Shown here piece after piece: positions 1 through 45,400 of a stretch of DNA of 64,000 bases. The stretch's first letter is position 1. Every line of letters starts with the position of its first letter. The position numbers were made by a program, and so were the translations under genes. The stretch covers positions 1,984,001 to 2,048,000 of the forward strand of contig OZ037769.1 in NCBI GenBank assembly GCA_964035545.1. Direction: 5' to 3'. The notes under the pieces are model-generated. The model was not told the DNA's origin. It saw only the letters and a list, made by a program, of their open reading frames with translations, and made no database searches. The stretch comes from Bugula neritina. Its lineage: Eukaryota; Animalia; Bryozoa.

Positions 1-1922
1 AAAAGCAATGTTATTGTTTAATCAAAGTATAGCTATGTGTTAGAAAAATGGTTGTGTGCAGTCATGCATCTACATTGATATGGTGGTATTTTGGTATCCA
101 GGTAAGTTACCTATATTTAAACATTTTATTTAAGTCAAATAAATTACACACCTGTCAACTGAATTTTTAGCCAAAAATTTCTTCCCTATAATATACTGTA
201 ACTAGCTGAATTAATTTCAATAAGTTACTGGCAATTTTAAGTTTTGATTGAAGACTGCAGAAAATTGCGTAATTCAACTTTTATAGCACTCCCTCGCGCA
301 CACACATACGCTTGGTTTACTAATTCCGTACGATGGTGTAATAATAATGTATACCGCCACTGGCATGCTTAGGTAACCAACCAATATTATTGTTTTAAGA
401 GATAATTGGAAATCAGTTAACAAAATTTGTAGAGATGCTTATAATGCTGAATCAATGTAGATATTTAGCTACTGTTTATCTACAGCCATATCTATTTGCT
501 TCTAAAAACACTATTTGAATTGAGCAAGTGTGTCTTGGTTGCAGAGTCATTATTAGTTTAGCAAAATTCAGAGAATAATTAAGTTGAACTCTTGAGATGC
601 AAAGTCTTTTATGTTTCTGCATAACAACCAATTTTAAGAAAATATAATAAGGAGTTGTCAAACTGGCCATTTGTGTTTCAATAAAATATTATTATTCTGC
701 TTTTTGAAACTTGTATATGCATTAAGTGCCTATTAGATAAGCATAAGGCAGTTTTTTTTATTGTTTAGTTTCATATATTATAGCTAGAGAGTCTTCAGGC
801 TAGTCATTAGGCAGAATATTGGCTGTTTTCTCATTGCTTGAAGGCAAAGCTTTAGTTTGCTACTAAAAGCTTAAAAATTATCCCCAATCTTCACATTGAC
901 CATTTAGAGTACCACTGAGCAGTGCATATTAAAATCCCAAGTTTTGCTAAGCTAGGCCTGCATTAAACTCCTAGTACCTTGAGCTACAGAGAAGCGTGTC
1001 GGGGTAAATGAAAAGTTTAAAAATTGAGGTTATCCATGATAAATAACATGACAGTCAAAGATAAATTTTAGCCACTGCTTTTTTGATGTGAATTAATTGC
1101 GTATAATTATAGTGAGGTAACGTTGGGGCATTCATGCATATATGGTGATGGATGTATTTAAGCATTGAGAATCCTATTAATTTATATTGATCATTTCTAA
1201 TTTTAAGCATTTTACAATACAATTCTCACCTTTCTCTGCCATGTTCTGATTAGCATTTTGCTATATATGATAGCTGGAAGCCCTTTTTTCAAGCTATAAG
1301 TTGGCCGTTATAAAACCTTTATTTTTATTGAGCTAATAAGTGTAAATAAAGTTTATAGTAGCTTAAAAAAAGGTTGCACAAAAAAAAACCAAAAACACAT
1401 GCCTTAAAAATTGTGGTCTTTCAAGACAGGTCATGCATGAATATTCAGTAAAGAGTAAATATATAGTAATGAGGACATTCCTATTGGGAACTACAACGCT
1501 TATATATTCCTAGAAGCAGTCATGCATGCATAAGCTTGTTAATATATTATATAAAATCATTTTATAGTTTGTAATTTATAGTCTTTAGTTTGAGGCAGAA
1601 CAAGCTATGGCCAGTCACGCATAAACTCTGTATATACTTGTATTAGTCAACAGTGCAGTCTAGTTCTATCACTATAGTTCAAAGTAGTCAGTGAAAGTTT
1701 GAAGGTAAGCTACCCCTTTATTACAATAACAAAATGTTGAATAGTTTATTTACATCAAAGTTGTAAGTTGGTGTTATCTTGTACCCGATTCATTTACATT
1801 GAATATAAATAGATTTATTTCCAGACTGGGTGAATTAGGTATAAATTCGTACTTATTACAGGTGTGTTGAGTGATAAAAAATTTGCCAATATTATAGTAA
1901 TTAGTATGGTGTCCAATAAACA

Positions 1923-2131
1923 AGGCACAGGTAATAATGGTACAAATGGCAAAGTAGGTTAAAATGGCATACTTTCAATGTGATGGTTTGGAGTTTAGGT
2001 TTGGGGGTGGGGGTTTGAGTTTGGGGTTGGAGTTTAAAAGTTGGGTGTTTGCGTCTTGGGTTTGGAGAAATCTAGCGTCAGTGCGCCATTTTTACCTACT
2101 TTTCTATAATTACCTCTGCCATTTTTACCTA
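1923..2131. mobile_element. MITE-like element with inverted ends and a G-rich core, just upstream of the ABCC start exon
   Basis: AAAGTAGGTTAAAATGGCA vs GCCATTTTTACCTACTTT; core of GGGGGTGGGGGTTTGAG-type repeats. Confidence 0.5.
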
Positions 2132-2223
2132 AAATTGGCTGATATATAATTATTTACAGCAAAATATAACATTTTTATACTTAACATTCTGAGTTGAAAT
2201 GAGTTTAAATTTTAGTTTGAGAC

Positions 2224-21365
<19,142 letters not shown>

Positions 21366-21964
21366 TTTCTGGAAAAAATACTGAAACTTTTAAATACATA
21401 AACATTTCGCCAACATTATTTTAATAGAGAAATACAACAATCGCAATTTGTTAGATAAAATGTTGGTTTCTTTTGTAAAAGAGCTTATAAATTTATAATA
21501 AAAGCTCTGTAAGCACTATTAATTGTAAAACAGAAATTTTCAATAATAAAATTACCTAACAAAAACCTTATGTTAATACATATTGTCTTAATAACATGCA
21601 GTTAGGTATTATATAGATTGTATAAATAACACTTCATAATAAAATTACTATAAAATTTAAAGATTAATCAATTTCAAGTTTATAGATATGCTATCAATAG
21701 TCAACCATGCATGCAATATAGAATAACATCTATAAAAAAAACTACAAAAAACTCGAGAACAAAATTATTAAAAAGTATTTAGACAACATAATTATCAGAA
21801 AATTGTGATTATTGTTCATGCATATGTAAACATAAAGTTTCATCAAAGTTAGGTATATATACGGATATTGAAATACCAAAATCGAGGAGAGAATATTTAT
21901 TTATGTCAAGCTGTAAAATAAATGCAAATATAAATAAACTACCAGGTAGATTGAGGTTTTGTCA

Positions 21965-34936
<12,972 letters not shown>

Positions 34937-36409
34937 TGTGATGATAATTTAAATTTTAGACTACTTCAGTTACAGGCTACACATTCTGTCCTACGTTTCC
35001 TATCCTCTCTATCTATTAGCAATAGTAAGTCTATGTGGATACATCCACAAGTCACGATTACTTGGGAGTTTAGTTACAAGTGATCGTAAATGGAACACAG
35101 CCCTTTTATGATTAACCACACGATTAGTTATACCAAGGTAGATACAATATTTCCTTATCATTTGTTGTAGCTGGAAAAAATAATTCCCCTTTCCCAGCCC
35201 TAGTGCAATTTAGTTCAACCACTTCGTTTCCATGGTTGCGTGATTAATGTAATTTACCTCTTAGCTATAAGAGTGATTCCTTGTAAATTAATCTCTGATT
35301 GCAAAACTTATTTTACTGTCAGTTACCATGGCGATTAGCTTCTTCATTATATATTAAATGATAAATGAATAATATGAAGCTATATGTTCCCCCCACCCCC
35401 ACCCCCACCCATGATAGCAGCTATATGGCTATAAGGCTATCTGCTATTGTTGCACTCTACATCCTCTAATATGCTTAATACAGTGGACTATAGTATATAA
35501 TTTAGTCTAATATATATTCTAATTTTGTTAGCATATGGTATTTTTTTGCATGTACAAACAGTAAAATGTTCAACAGTCAAACACATTTACTTCTAATGGA
35601 CTAAAAACTTGAGATATTTTTGCTTTCAAACAACTTATAATAAATAAGTTATGTCTATAAAAATACCATTAAAATATATTGCCATAGCAACTATATATAT
35701 TATAGGTGTTTCAAAAGTTCATTTATTTGAAAAAGTTACAGAGATTAAAGGTTCACTCACAATCAAGGGTGTATAATTTATCAGATAGTGAAAACGTCAT
35801 AAGCATGGTAAACTAATGTAAATAGGTAAGTTATAGTGCTATTTTAAACATGTTTGTAAATTGGTAGATAAAGATTCATTTTAGTAAAGGAAGATCTGCA
35901 GCAAAAGTGTTGTAACCTGCCAAAACCTGTCAAGTTCTGTTGTCATAGAGTTATTAAATAGCTCATACGAGTTAAAGTTAAGTTTTGATCAGCTAAGTAG
36001 TTGCAGCTGTAAGTGTAAAATTCAAAAATCATAAAAAATAAAAAAATTCAAAGGCAAAAAAGAGATAAAATTATGATAATAAAAATGTGTCACAAATTTT
36101 TACTATATGATATTATTTTTTACTGTGTCATACAGTATATTGTATTCTGAAGTATATATATATAATTTATCATAGATTACGGACATATATATTATATTAT
36201 ATGAGTCATATATGTATTGAACTATAATATAAGGCTGGATATATGTGTGTGTAAGTATATAACATAATATAGGCTACTATATAGTATATGTAGTATGTAT
36301 ACTATATATTATACACCATGATATATAGTATACATAATATATATATTATATGTACTAAATACATACTATACATACATTATATAATAAAGACCATAATACA
36401 AGCACACTA

Positions 36410-39400
36410 CTATTTGACCTCACTGCTCAAACAATCTTGTGCCGTAAACAGCGAATAGGAAGTCGTTGAGCTTTGTTGCCGCGGTAACGGTTTTGGCTTA
36501 TCTGTTGTATTCGAAGTAGGCTCTGCTATACTTTGGTACTGACCAGATGCTAGTTGCTCTGTCGTAGGTATTGCATATATGTGTTCATTTCCCTTACTAG
36601 AGTCTGCAGTTAGAGAATTATCTGATGCACTCACACCGTTACTTTCACTGCTGGTCTTATCGCTATGCTTGGCACTTGTTAGAATGGTACTTAAACTTAA
36701 ACTGCTGTGCCCAGTGAATGCAAGATTCGTCTGCTCAACTTCTAAAACACTTCCAGGGCCCATGAGACGCTGGCTTGTAAGGAATTCACTCTTTTGTCTG
36801 AGGAAAGAAGTTTGATGAAGCTGTGCCGTTGGCGCTGGGTGTTGAGATGAGTTTTGCATCGCCGTTCTCGTAGGATAAATACTTTCTAAAATGTTATCAG
36901 GCGTTAAATTACAATACAGATGATGCTTTGATATTTGTTAAAAATAACTAAAGCAACATATATACTGATTATTAATTTACCTGGTTTTTCATACACTCCA
37001 CTGTGTGTATCAGAAAGAGTTGTGCTCTCCCTGGGCGAAGACTTATCTGAAAAAAATGTTTAAAAAACTGATAATATTTTAAACGCAATAAAAATTCAGA
37101 TTTTTGCCAATTACAGTAAATAAAACATTTGAAAGCAAAACAACTCAAAAACTCAAATTAAATAATATAGTTATGTTATGTAGTTATTGTCATGTGTTTG
37201 TAGACTATTATACCTGATGAGGAAAAAGGAACTTTTATGAATTTTTTAATTACTATGCTATTGACAAAAACCGAGGAAGGAAAAAATCAATATAATTAGA
37301 AATACAAAACTGTGGAACTAAACAAGAAATGCTTTACCTTTTTTGTCAGATTTCTTGAAATGATACACAAAAATTCCTGCCACTAAAATAACAAGGATTA
37401 CTCCAAGAACGATAGCGATTATTGTAGGAGTCTTCGTGGTTAAAGGTTCTGGCTCTTCATTTTTTGTTGTTGAACAGCGAGCTTGGCAATGTCCATGACA
37501 ATGAGTTGCATTTATTCCTTTCTCAACAGGGTCGTATGTATCGTATTGTTTCTTCTTGTAAAATACGGGTGGGTTCTTGTTTTCTAGAATATCGGCAGTG
37601 TCAAATTCATACGCCAAGACGTAGGTGAAATTTTGAGTTCCTTCCCTTCTTTGATGAGAAAATACTTGATACCCTGATTGCCCGTCAAAGTTATCATCAA
37701 ACGGCCAAATCATATCATCTGTTTGCTTTTGAGCTGCCGAGTCAGATATCGGTATGCTGACGTTACCAATAAATCTTTTTAGTTCTTGTGAAGTGGCCAG
37801 GGTCCTAGCATATAGAGTTGCACAGGTTTTGTAGAGTTTGTCTGGGCATGAATTAATGGCGTAATTAAGAAAACCATAGCCAAAGGCATAAATAGATTTG
37901 ATAGTGTACAAGGCGTAAATCTCAATGTTGAATGCTTCTTTGAATGGAGATGTTCCTTTACAAACTTTTCCCACATAACTAGAGTCAAAAGATCCTCGCA
38001 GCTTGCAGTGTTTTTCATTTTGGTACATTTGAGCAAACCATGGGTTACTGGTTGTAGGATTTGGCCTCAGTGATAACAAATACTCTTTAAATCCATCAGT
38101 CTACAAATCAATTTGACAAAACTCGGTGTTGTAAAATTATTTTGCAACAAAGTACATGATGACTTATAGCTTTTTACCGAACTTTTAACCTATTCTACAC
38201 ATATATAGGCTACTACAAAACTAGTTTTATTTTACATTGCTTAAATCTTATGTTTGTGAGTTTTTTACTGTTCAAAGGATTTAATAACTACTGCCTAACA
38301 TAATTAAACATCCGACTTGGGTTTTGGTGTATAGAAATTAGCTGGAAAACTCGATATAATAATTGTTAGTTACATACCTCAAAATTGGGAGTTATCTTAA
38401 ATGTCAAGGAGCCTCTGGTCAGGTGACCGTATTGTTGAAGTAAGGGTAGCCTGTCTTCCCACACTTCTGCCATCAAGAAAATGTTTCCACTCTCCTGCCA
38501 CCAGTTGCTGTGATCCGTATTACTAATTATATGGTCCAAGAAATTTTTTATTGCCTATAAAATTTATAAATATAGAATGCTAGTAGCATGATTACTATAA
38601 GTATTATGAGCAGTAGTACTAGTAGTATGAGTAGTACGGTGCATGAGTAGTATTAGTTATAGTATGAGTAGTATTAGTAGTACTATAGTAGTATGAGTAG
38701 TCCTATGAGTATGAGTGGTACTAGTAGCATGAGTAGTACTAGTAGTATTAATAGTATTAGTAGTACTGTGAGTAGTACTAGTTGTATGAGTAGTACTAGT
38801 AGTGTGAGTACTATGATGAGTAGTATAAAAAGTACGATAGTAGTATAGGCAGTACTATGAGTAGGTACTGCAATGCTTTTCACATTATTCAGTGAAAAAA
38901 AATCATGAGTGGCACTTGTATAAAACTAAAACTTTTGTGAAATGTCCTCCATCAATTTATGTCAGATTTTCATGAGTTCACATAATAATATGTTAAATAA
39001 AAAAAGATTTAAAAATAGTAATTAGTAACAGCGCTAATTGGTTAAACCAATAAAATGTTTCGTTTCAGTTACATAATTCATAATTGAAAAAGTTACGAAT
39101 TCTGCGATATATTTTGATTTACCTTTTCTTCTCCAATGTAGATAATGACTTGGCTATTATCATTGTGCTTCTTCAAACTGGAAATTATGTTTTCATATGT
39201 TGACGGATATTCCTCCAATCGATAATTGAGCTCGAACTCTTCCAACAGGCAGTAGTCGGACTGGTTGAGCTTCATTTTCATCAGCTGCAACAATAATATA
39301 TGAAATGCAATACTGATATATATAATCTTTTCAAAGGATAGTCTTGGAATAGTTTGAGTTATTGAAATGAAAAGACTCAATAACTCTGATGAGGAAAATA

Positions 39401-42400
39401 TTGAAATTAAATTATATATGAACTTTTCGAAATTAAATAAGTTAGCCCCACATAGCGCAATTAATAATAAAATTTTGTCCCTTTAAATCATAAAATGTAT
39501 ATTATATTGTTGACGCTATAAGGTATCCTACTTTATATGGAGTCAGTGAATTTAAACTCGCATAATTTAGAAATAAAATAGCTAGGTTAAGGAAACTATT
39601 TAGTCAAACATTTTTTGATTGAGTTTGCCTTTATCTAAATATTGAGTTGATAAATCAAGTTGCCTATATATGTATAAGATAATTTTATATTATATTACAT
39701 TTCATTATTATATTATATTAAATTATACTTAAATTATATTATTTCATAATATAATATTGCATTACATGTTGTTAAGTTATATCACTTAGTCTTGAAAGAA
39801 TCAAAGACCATATAGACCTTGTAAACTTCAACCCATCAAAACATAAAGCAACAGCTAAATTGATCTTTCTCACTGTATAATATTATATAGTCCAATCGCT
39901 TCCTATAAAATCAATTAGTTGTAATCTGAAAGAAACTCAAGCATATCCTTTGAAGTCCCACATGTTATTCAATGTTTTTAAAAACAAATATTATAGTGTT
40001 ATACTTTTATCCAGTTTCTGAGTATGAATATATAAGCATGCCTGCATTACTAACATTATATTTAAAAATGACTGGTTAGAATACTATAATCCACAAACCT
40101 CTGCCCCACTTTTACCATAAAGAGAGTTTGTGCTCAAAACGACAGCTGAATTGATAGCGTTGGCAGCATTCTGGTTTAAATCTTCCAGCACTTTGATGAG
40201 GTTGTTGGTTACTCTGGTAGCTGTGGGGTGAGTCCTGAGGAAGTGGGTGTGAATAGACTTGTCATCTAACTTCCAAGTAGAAGCCCCATATGCAACTTGT
40301 ATTAGGTTTGCTGGAATCATTAATGCTTGCTCCTACAAAATGAGTATATATGTATTCTAATAACTACCATATATTCTGTTTGTTTGTGTGTATGTGTTTG
40401 TGCATGTGTATGTGTTTGTGTGTGCAGGCGTACGTGCGAGTGTGGCGTACAAGAATCTATTCTACAGTACTCTTTCTAAATAATGTGCATACCGTGGTTG
40501 AAATATGACTGCTGTAGTCCCCTATCAGACCAACAATTTTGGATCTGTCCAGGCAATGCTCTTCATTACAGTATTCTGTTGTAAACTTTAAAACAAGTTC
40601 AGAATGTTAAATTTTTAATAAAGTTATATATAAGACAGCATACCGTAACAGATATGTGACTACTGTAATCTCCAATCAGTCCAATGATCTTTGACCGATC
40701 TAGACATTGCTCTTTGTTACAGTATTCTGTTGTACCATTCAGCACATCCGTGAGCAACTTCTGGGTAAGAGCTGTGTTGAAGCAGGTGTCCAGAATTAGC
40801 AAGCCAAATGTGAAGTTATCCTCCCTGAAAAGCTCGTTCAACCTTTCTCTAGCAAACAGAGCTGCTTCGGCTCTAAGAGAGGTCTCATTGTTGAAAGCTT
40901 CGCAACTCCACAAGTCTGGGTATTTGTTGAAACTAAAAACAACAGTAACAGTTACACAGAGCCGCTACATATAAGTAAGTAGTACATTTTGTAAACAAGG
41001 TTTTTGTTACTCATGTGCACAGTTGCTTATAAAACAGTGGCCGAGTGAGAATTTTTAATAGATTTTAAAAGCAAGTTTGATAATATAATTTTATAGAGTT
41101 ACTGGTTATAAATTTAATTATTCAAATAATTTTCTCTTCACGCTTGAAACAACCTCAAACCCAAATGTGTAAATGAAGTTCTGTGCAACTTTGATATAAA
41201 TAGTATTTTCATCAATATAACTTTTAGTTTGATTTTAATCATTAAAAAATATTTAAAATTTAATTTAAATTAAATGCAAAATACTGTGAAGGCAGCTCAT
41301 GACTGTAAGAAAAACTTTAAACTCAAGTACCAGAAATACTCTAAATGTAGAGATTGGTCAGCCTACAAGCGTTAGTCACACACTCAGACCTACCTGTCGT
41401 GTATCGGCATCGTAACAACAAGGATAAAGTCACCGTGCACGTAAGTAAAATTCTGGGGTTTTATCTGCTCTTTACATTTTTTTCTGCAGGCTTCATCGGT
41501 GCACCAGAACTGATTTGAGCCTTCTCTGCTATCAAAGTTCCATCCATCATCCACTGTAAACTCAGCTATCTAAAAGTTAACAAATAAAACCACTAATGAC
41601 TATAAGAATATTACTGTAGCCTAAATACTAAGTAAAAACCACACTGTTTCATCAATTAGAGTTAAATGCTTCCATAATGAGATTTGAAAAATGACTTACA
41701 ATCTCATTATTTGTAATTTGGTGATACGCTGGAGCTGACGTATCATTTATTTGTAGGGACTGGTCAGAGAATTTCAACCGTCTGCTGACATTCTGGTAGT
41801 GAGAGTCTGTCAAACTGTATGGGCTGTAGTCAAGCTCGATCTCTTGCAGTTCTTGATTTACTAGAGATGGCAGCTTTGCAACCCATGAGCTGTCACAAAG
41901 ATCAAACTGTTTAGAACAGTTTCGGTTTATTAGATTTTGAGCAGATGTGGCCAGGAGCTGTATGGCAATTGGCATTGCATCAGGGTGGTGGTGCTGTATA
42001 ATGTGAACAGAGTTTTTCTGTAGAGAAGAGTATTTGACAGGCTTTGACTCTGGAAGATGAGGAGAGACAATCCATTCTAGCGAATCAGATCTGTCATGAG
42101 TGAGGGTAGCTGTAAAAGGAAATAAAATGCTGCCCTGTGAGCAAAAATAGTGATAAAGCAGCCATGATAATTGCAAGACCAGCAAAATTTAGAAGAAATA
42201 GATATTATAATTTGTGCACGTGCGTGTATGGGTGGTTTAAATTAAACGCTGCAATTACATTTATAAATTGAGCCGTTTTACTTAATTTACAGTACGCATA
42301 GGAAATCTCCAGTTTTTAGCTATTTTTCACAACTTAGCTGCTAATGAACATTGCTTTTGCCCAAAATTAGTAAAATATCAATAAATACATCTAAATAGTT

Positions 42401-45400
42401 AAGGTTCTTTTTAATTTTGCTTGATTTCCCATGTTTTTTCCTATTTATTTAGCTTATTTTGATTTCGGACCATTACGAAAAAATCTGTAACGGTCCACAA
42501 TCAAAATTAGCTAAATAAATGAGAAAAAAACAGGGGAAATAAAAAAAATTAAAAAGAACCTTAACTACTTAGGTGTATTTATTGATATTTTACTATTTTT
42601 GGGCAAAAAGCAATGTTCATTAGCAGCTAGATTGTGAAAAAAGCTAAAAACTGAAGATTTCCAGTGTGTACTAAATTACATGAAATGACCCAATTACTTT
42701 GCTTCTGTTGAAAGACAAAAATATAATTTTTGTCATCAACCCTGAACAGTAGAGTGTTTAACTCACCCCCACTCTGCAATCCAATAACAATAACAGCTTT
42801 TGGTTTGGCGTCATTCGAGACGCGGCTAGCGATGTCAGCAGCAGCGGAGGTGTCGGAAAACTCGAAATATTCATCAACACAAACAAGATTTGCTTTCAGC
42901 TCATCTTCAAGAAGTGCTTTCAGTTCATGACTAACTGGGTCTGAGCCATAAGCAACCGTAGTGTAGTCCCAGTTTAGTTTCACAGCCAGCTCTGCTATAG
43001 CCTGTAATATTTTCGTATAAGAGTTGATAACAAAAACATGTGAATTAGGCGTGATATGCTCAATCAACTTGAAAGCTGTTAAATACGGTTTAAAATAGAA
43101 TTGTAACGTAAAATCACAATTTCTGCTAACTCTTTTGTCACCTATGCTATCCCATTTTTTTACAACCATTTTGAATTTTTCTTTTTTATTTCAACAAACT
43201 TAATTAGAAATTGTCTTCTTTTTGAGCTTCAACAACATATTTAGAAATCCTACAATTATGTTTATAGAGACTCATCATTTAAGATAATTTGTCGTTATTG
43301 TGATAAAATATAATATCTATTTGAAGCAAAAACACTTTAATAGTAATTGCAATTATATACTATTAATTTTTTTACTTCAAATAATATATAGTAATAAACT
43401 GGAGTCATGATAAAACACACATTAAGCTCACCTTAGCCCGAAATATCAGGGAGTCGCTGGTATAGAACACATTTTCTGCTGACGCATCATTAGCTAACGT
43501 TTCTCCTAGTGTTATTAGTGGAATATCTGTTTCACCGAGCACATCTTGCAAATTCAAGTGGAAAGGGGCAATGACGCCTAAAACAAAAATAACTTGTGAG
43601 AAAGGAATATAATATTGCAAGTCATGTGACCAGGTAGGTGTTTCCTTGTTGATAGAGAGTCTAATTTATATGCAAGTAAATTGATACAAATTATTAAACC
43701 AAAGTAGAAGTTGATGGTTTTGCACTCTCTGAACCTTACAACATGAGTCAGAGCAGTTCTAAAAATTCAAGCAATAAAACGCTATAGGTGTTAGTACACT
43801 TTTTTAGCTAATATGGAACATCAGAAATTTCATGTACAAACTTGTAATAGCTTTTTAGTATCATATTTATTTTGCTTGTACCGGAAGAGTGTGCAGTTCC
43901 CTAATAGAATATTATCCATGCTTCTGGGGTGTTAACTTATTCAAACCCAAAATGAAGAATTTGAACTTTGTAAAACATGCAAAGCTTTCTTATCATTCAA
44001 CATCTTACTGTATAAGTATAGAGTAAAGAAAGCTGATAAAATAATAGAATTACATCAATTACATAAGATATTATAAAAACATCTGCCCCCATCAGGAATT
44101 GAATCACAGACCTTCAGCTTGTAAGCTAGTACATACTAACCATTACACTCTAAGGGATCTTAGAAAATTTCAACGCTACATCTATATATAATAATATAGT
44201 TATAAGAGATATTTTAGCGATGGTTATTGCCAGTAAGTACCAGCAGTTCAAATGTCATTAAATACTTACACTCTATATTTCTCAAATATATATGTAACTA
44301 AGTTGTTTGGGCATTCCTTCAAGAATAAGTCAATTTATAACTTATTTGTGCATAGTTTGAGCCTTTCATGTAGTTAAAATATATGTAAAGCTTGACGCAG
44401 GTAGCAGTCTTTTAACATAGTGAGTGAATCAATTCACCTACCAATCAGAGAACTGGTACTATTCTCAGCTGTCGTAAGTTGACACTGATCAGCAGGTGGT
44501 AGTTGCTGTAAAATCCTTGCTCCAACTTGTACCCTTGTGACCTGGTTAGGATGGCAGAGTGGTAACACTTGTAAACCTATATATATAGAGTAATCGGTAA
44601 AGTGTATGCATTGCGAAACCTTGTGTACGTTAATCATACATTCTTTTAAACTATAATTGCCTGGTACTTCCTAATACACAATAACAAACGTTATTATTAT
44701 TTTTCAAAATACATTATTAGTTTGAATATTATCATCTTTGAAAAGCAACCATTATTTTAGTTGTAAATTTTTCAAACTTATATATTATATATTGCATTTC
44801 AGTTTATCATATTTCAGCAAATTTTTTCAAAAGATTTTTACTAGAGGGAAACATTTTAATGCAGGCATCTTAATTTTATTATAGATATGCAATAAGAGCA
44901 AAATTGTGTATAGCAATAACGCTATACTTCTCAATAAGTATTATTATAGAGGCAGCAGCTTTGTATGCTAGCTGGGAAAACAACGAAATTAAAGCTCAGA
45001 CTTAAACTGACATTTTCTGATTTGCTTGAAAACTTCGAAGCAAGCGTAAGTTTACTATACTAGGAAATAAATTTGCTGCTCAGTTAAGCATTTTGTGGGG
45101 AAAACTATTTAGGTTTATATTGAACGAACTAAATAACATCAGTCCATAAAAATGTCAGATTTAAACTTATGTATGATAGAATCTCAAAACATTAATTTTG
45201 TCTAAACGCCATCATGACAGTACAAGGAAGTTTTTTATGAGAGGGACAGGTGGTTATTTATAAAGTAAAATAGCATAGACATTTATCTACATTATAACAA
45301 CATAATAATATCATTTAACTATATTATGAATTGTTGCTAGGGATAAATCAGTTTAGCTCAAAGTACGTAAAGGAAATCATAAACAGGGTTCCAAATACTT

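Noticed and set aside
35150-35240. NF-kB/IRF-like words upstream of the TRIM-like gene (AATTCCCC, TTCGTTTCC)
   Set aside because: Short, imperfect matches expected by chance; no support without conservation data.
38683-38883. Very hydrophobic 66-aa ORF that could be mistaken for extra TM helices of the receptor
   Set aside because: It is the reverse complement of a degenerate (AGT)n repeat in an intron; flanking exons join in phase without it.
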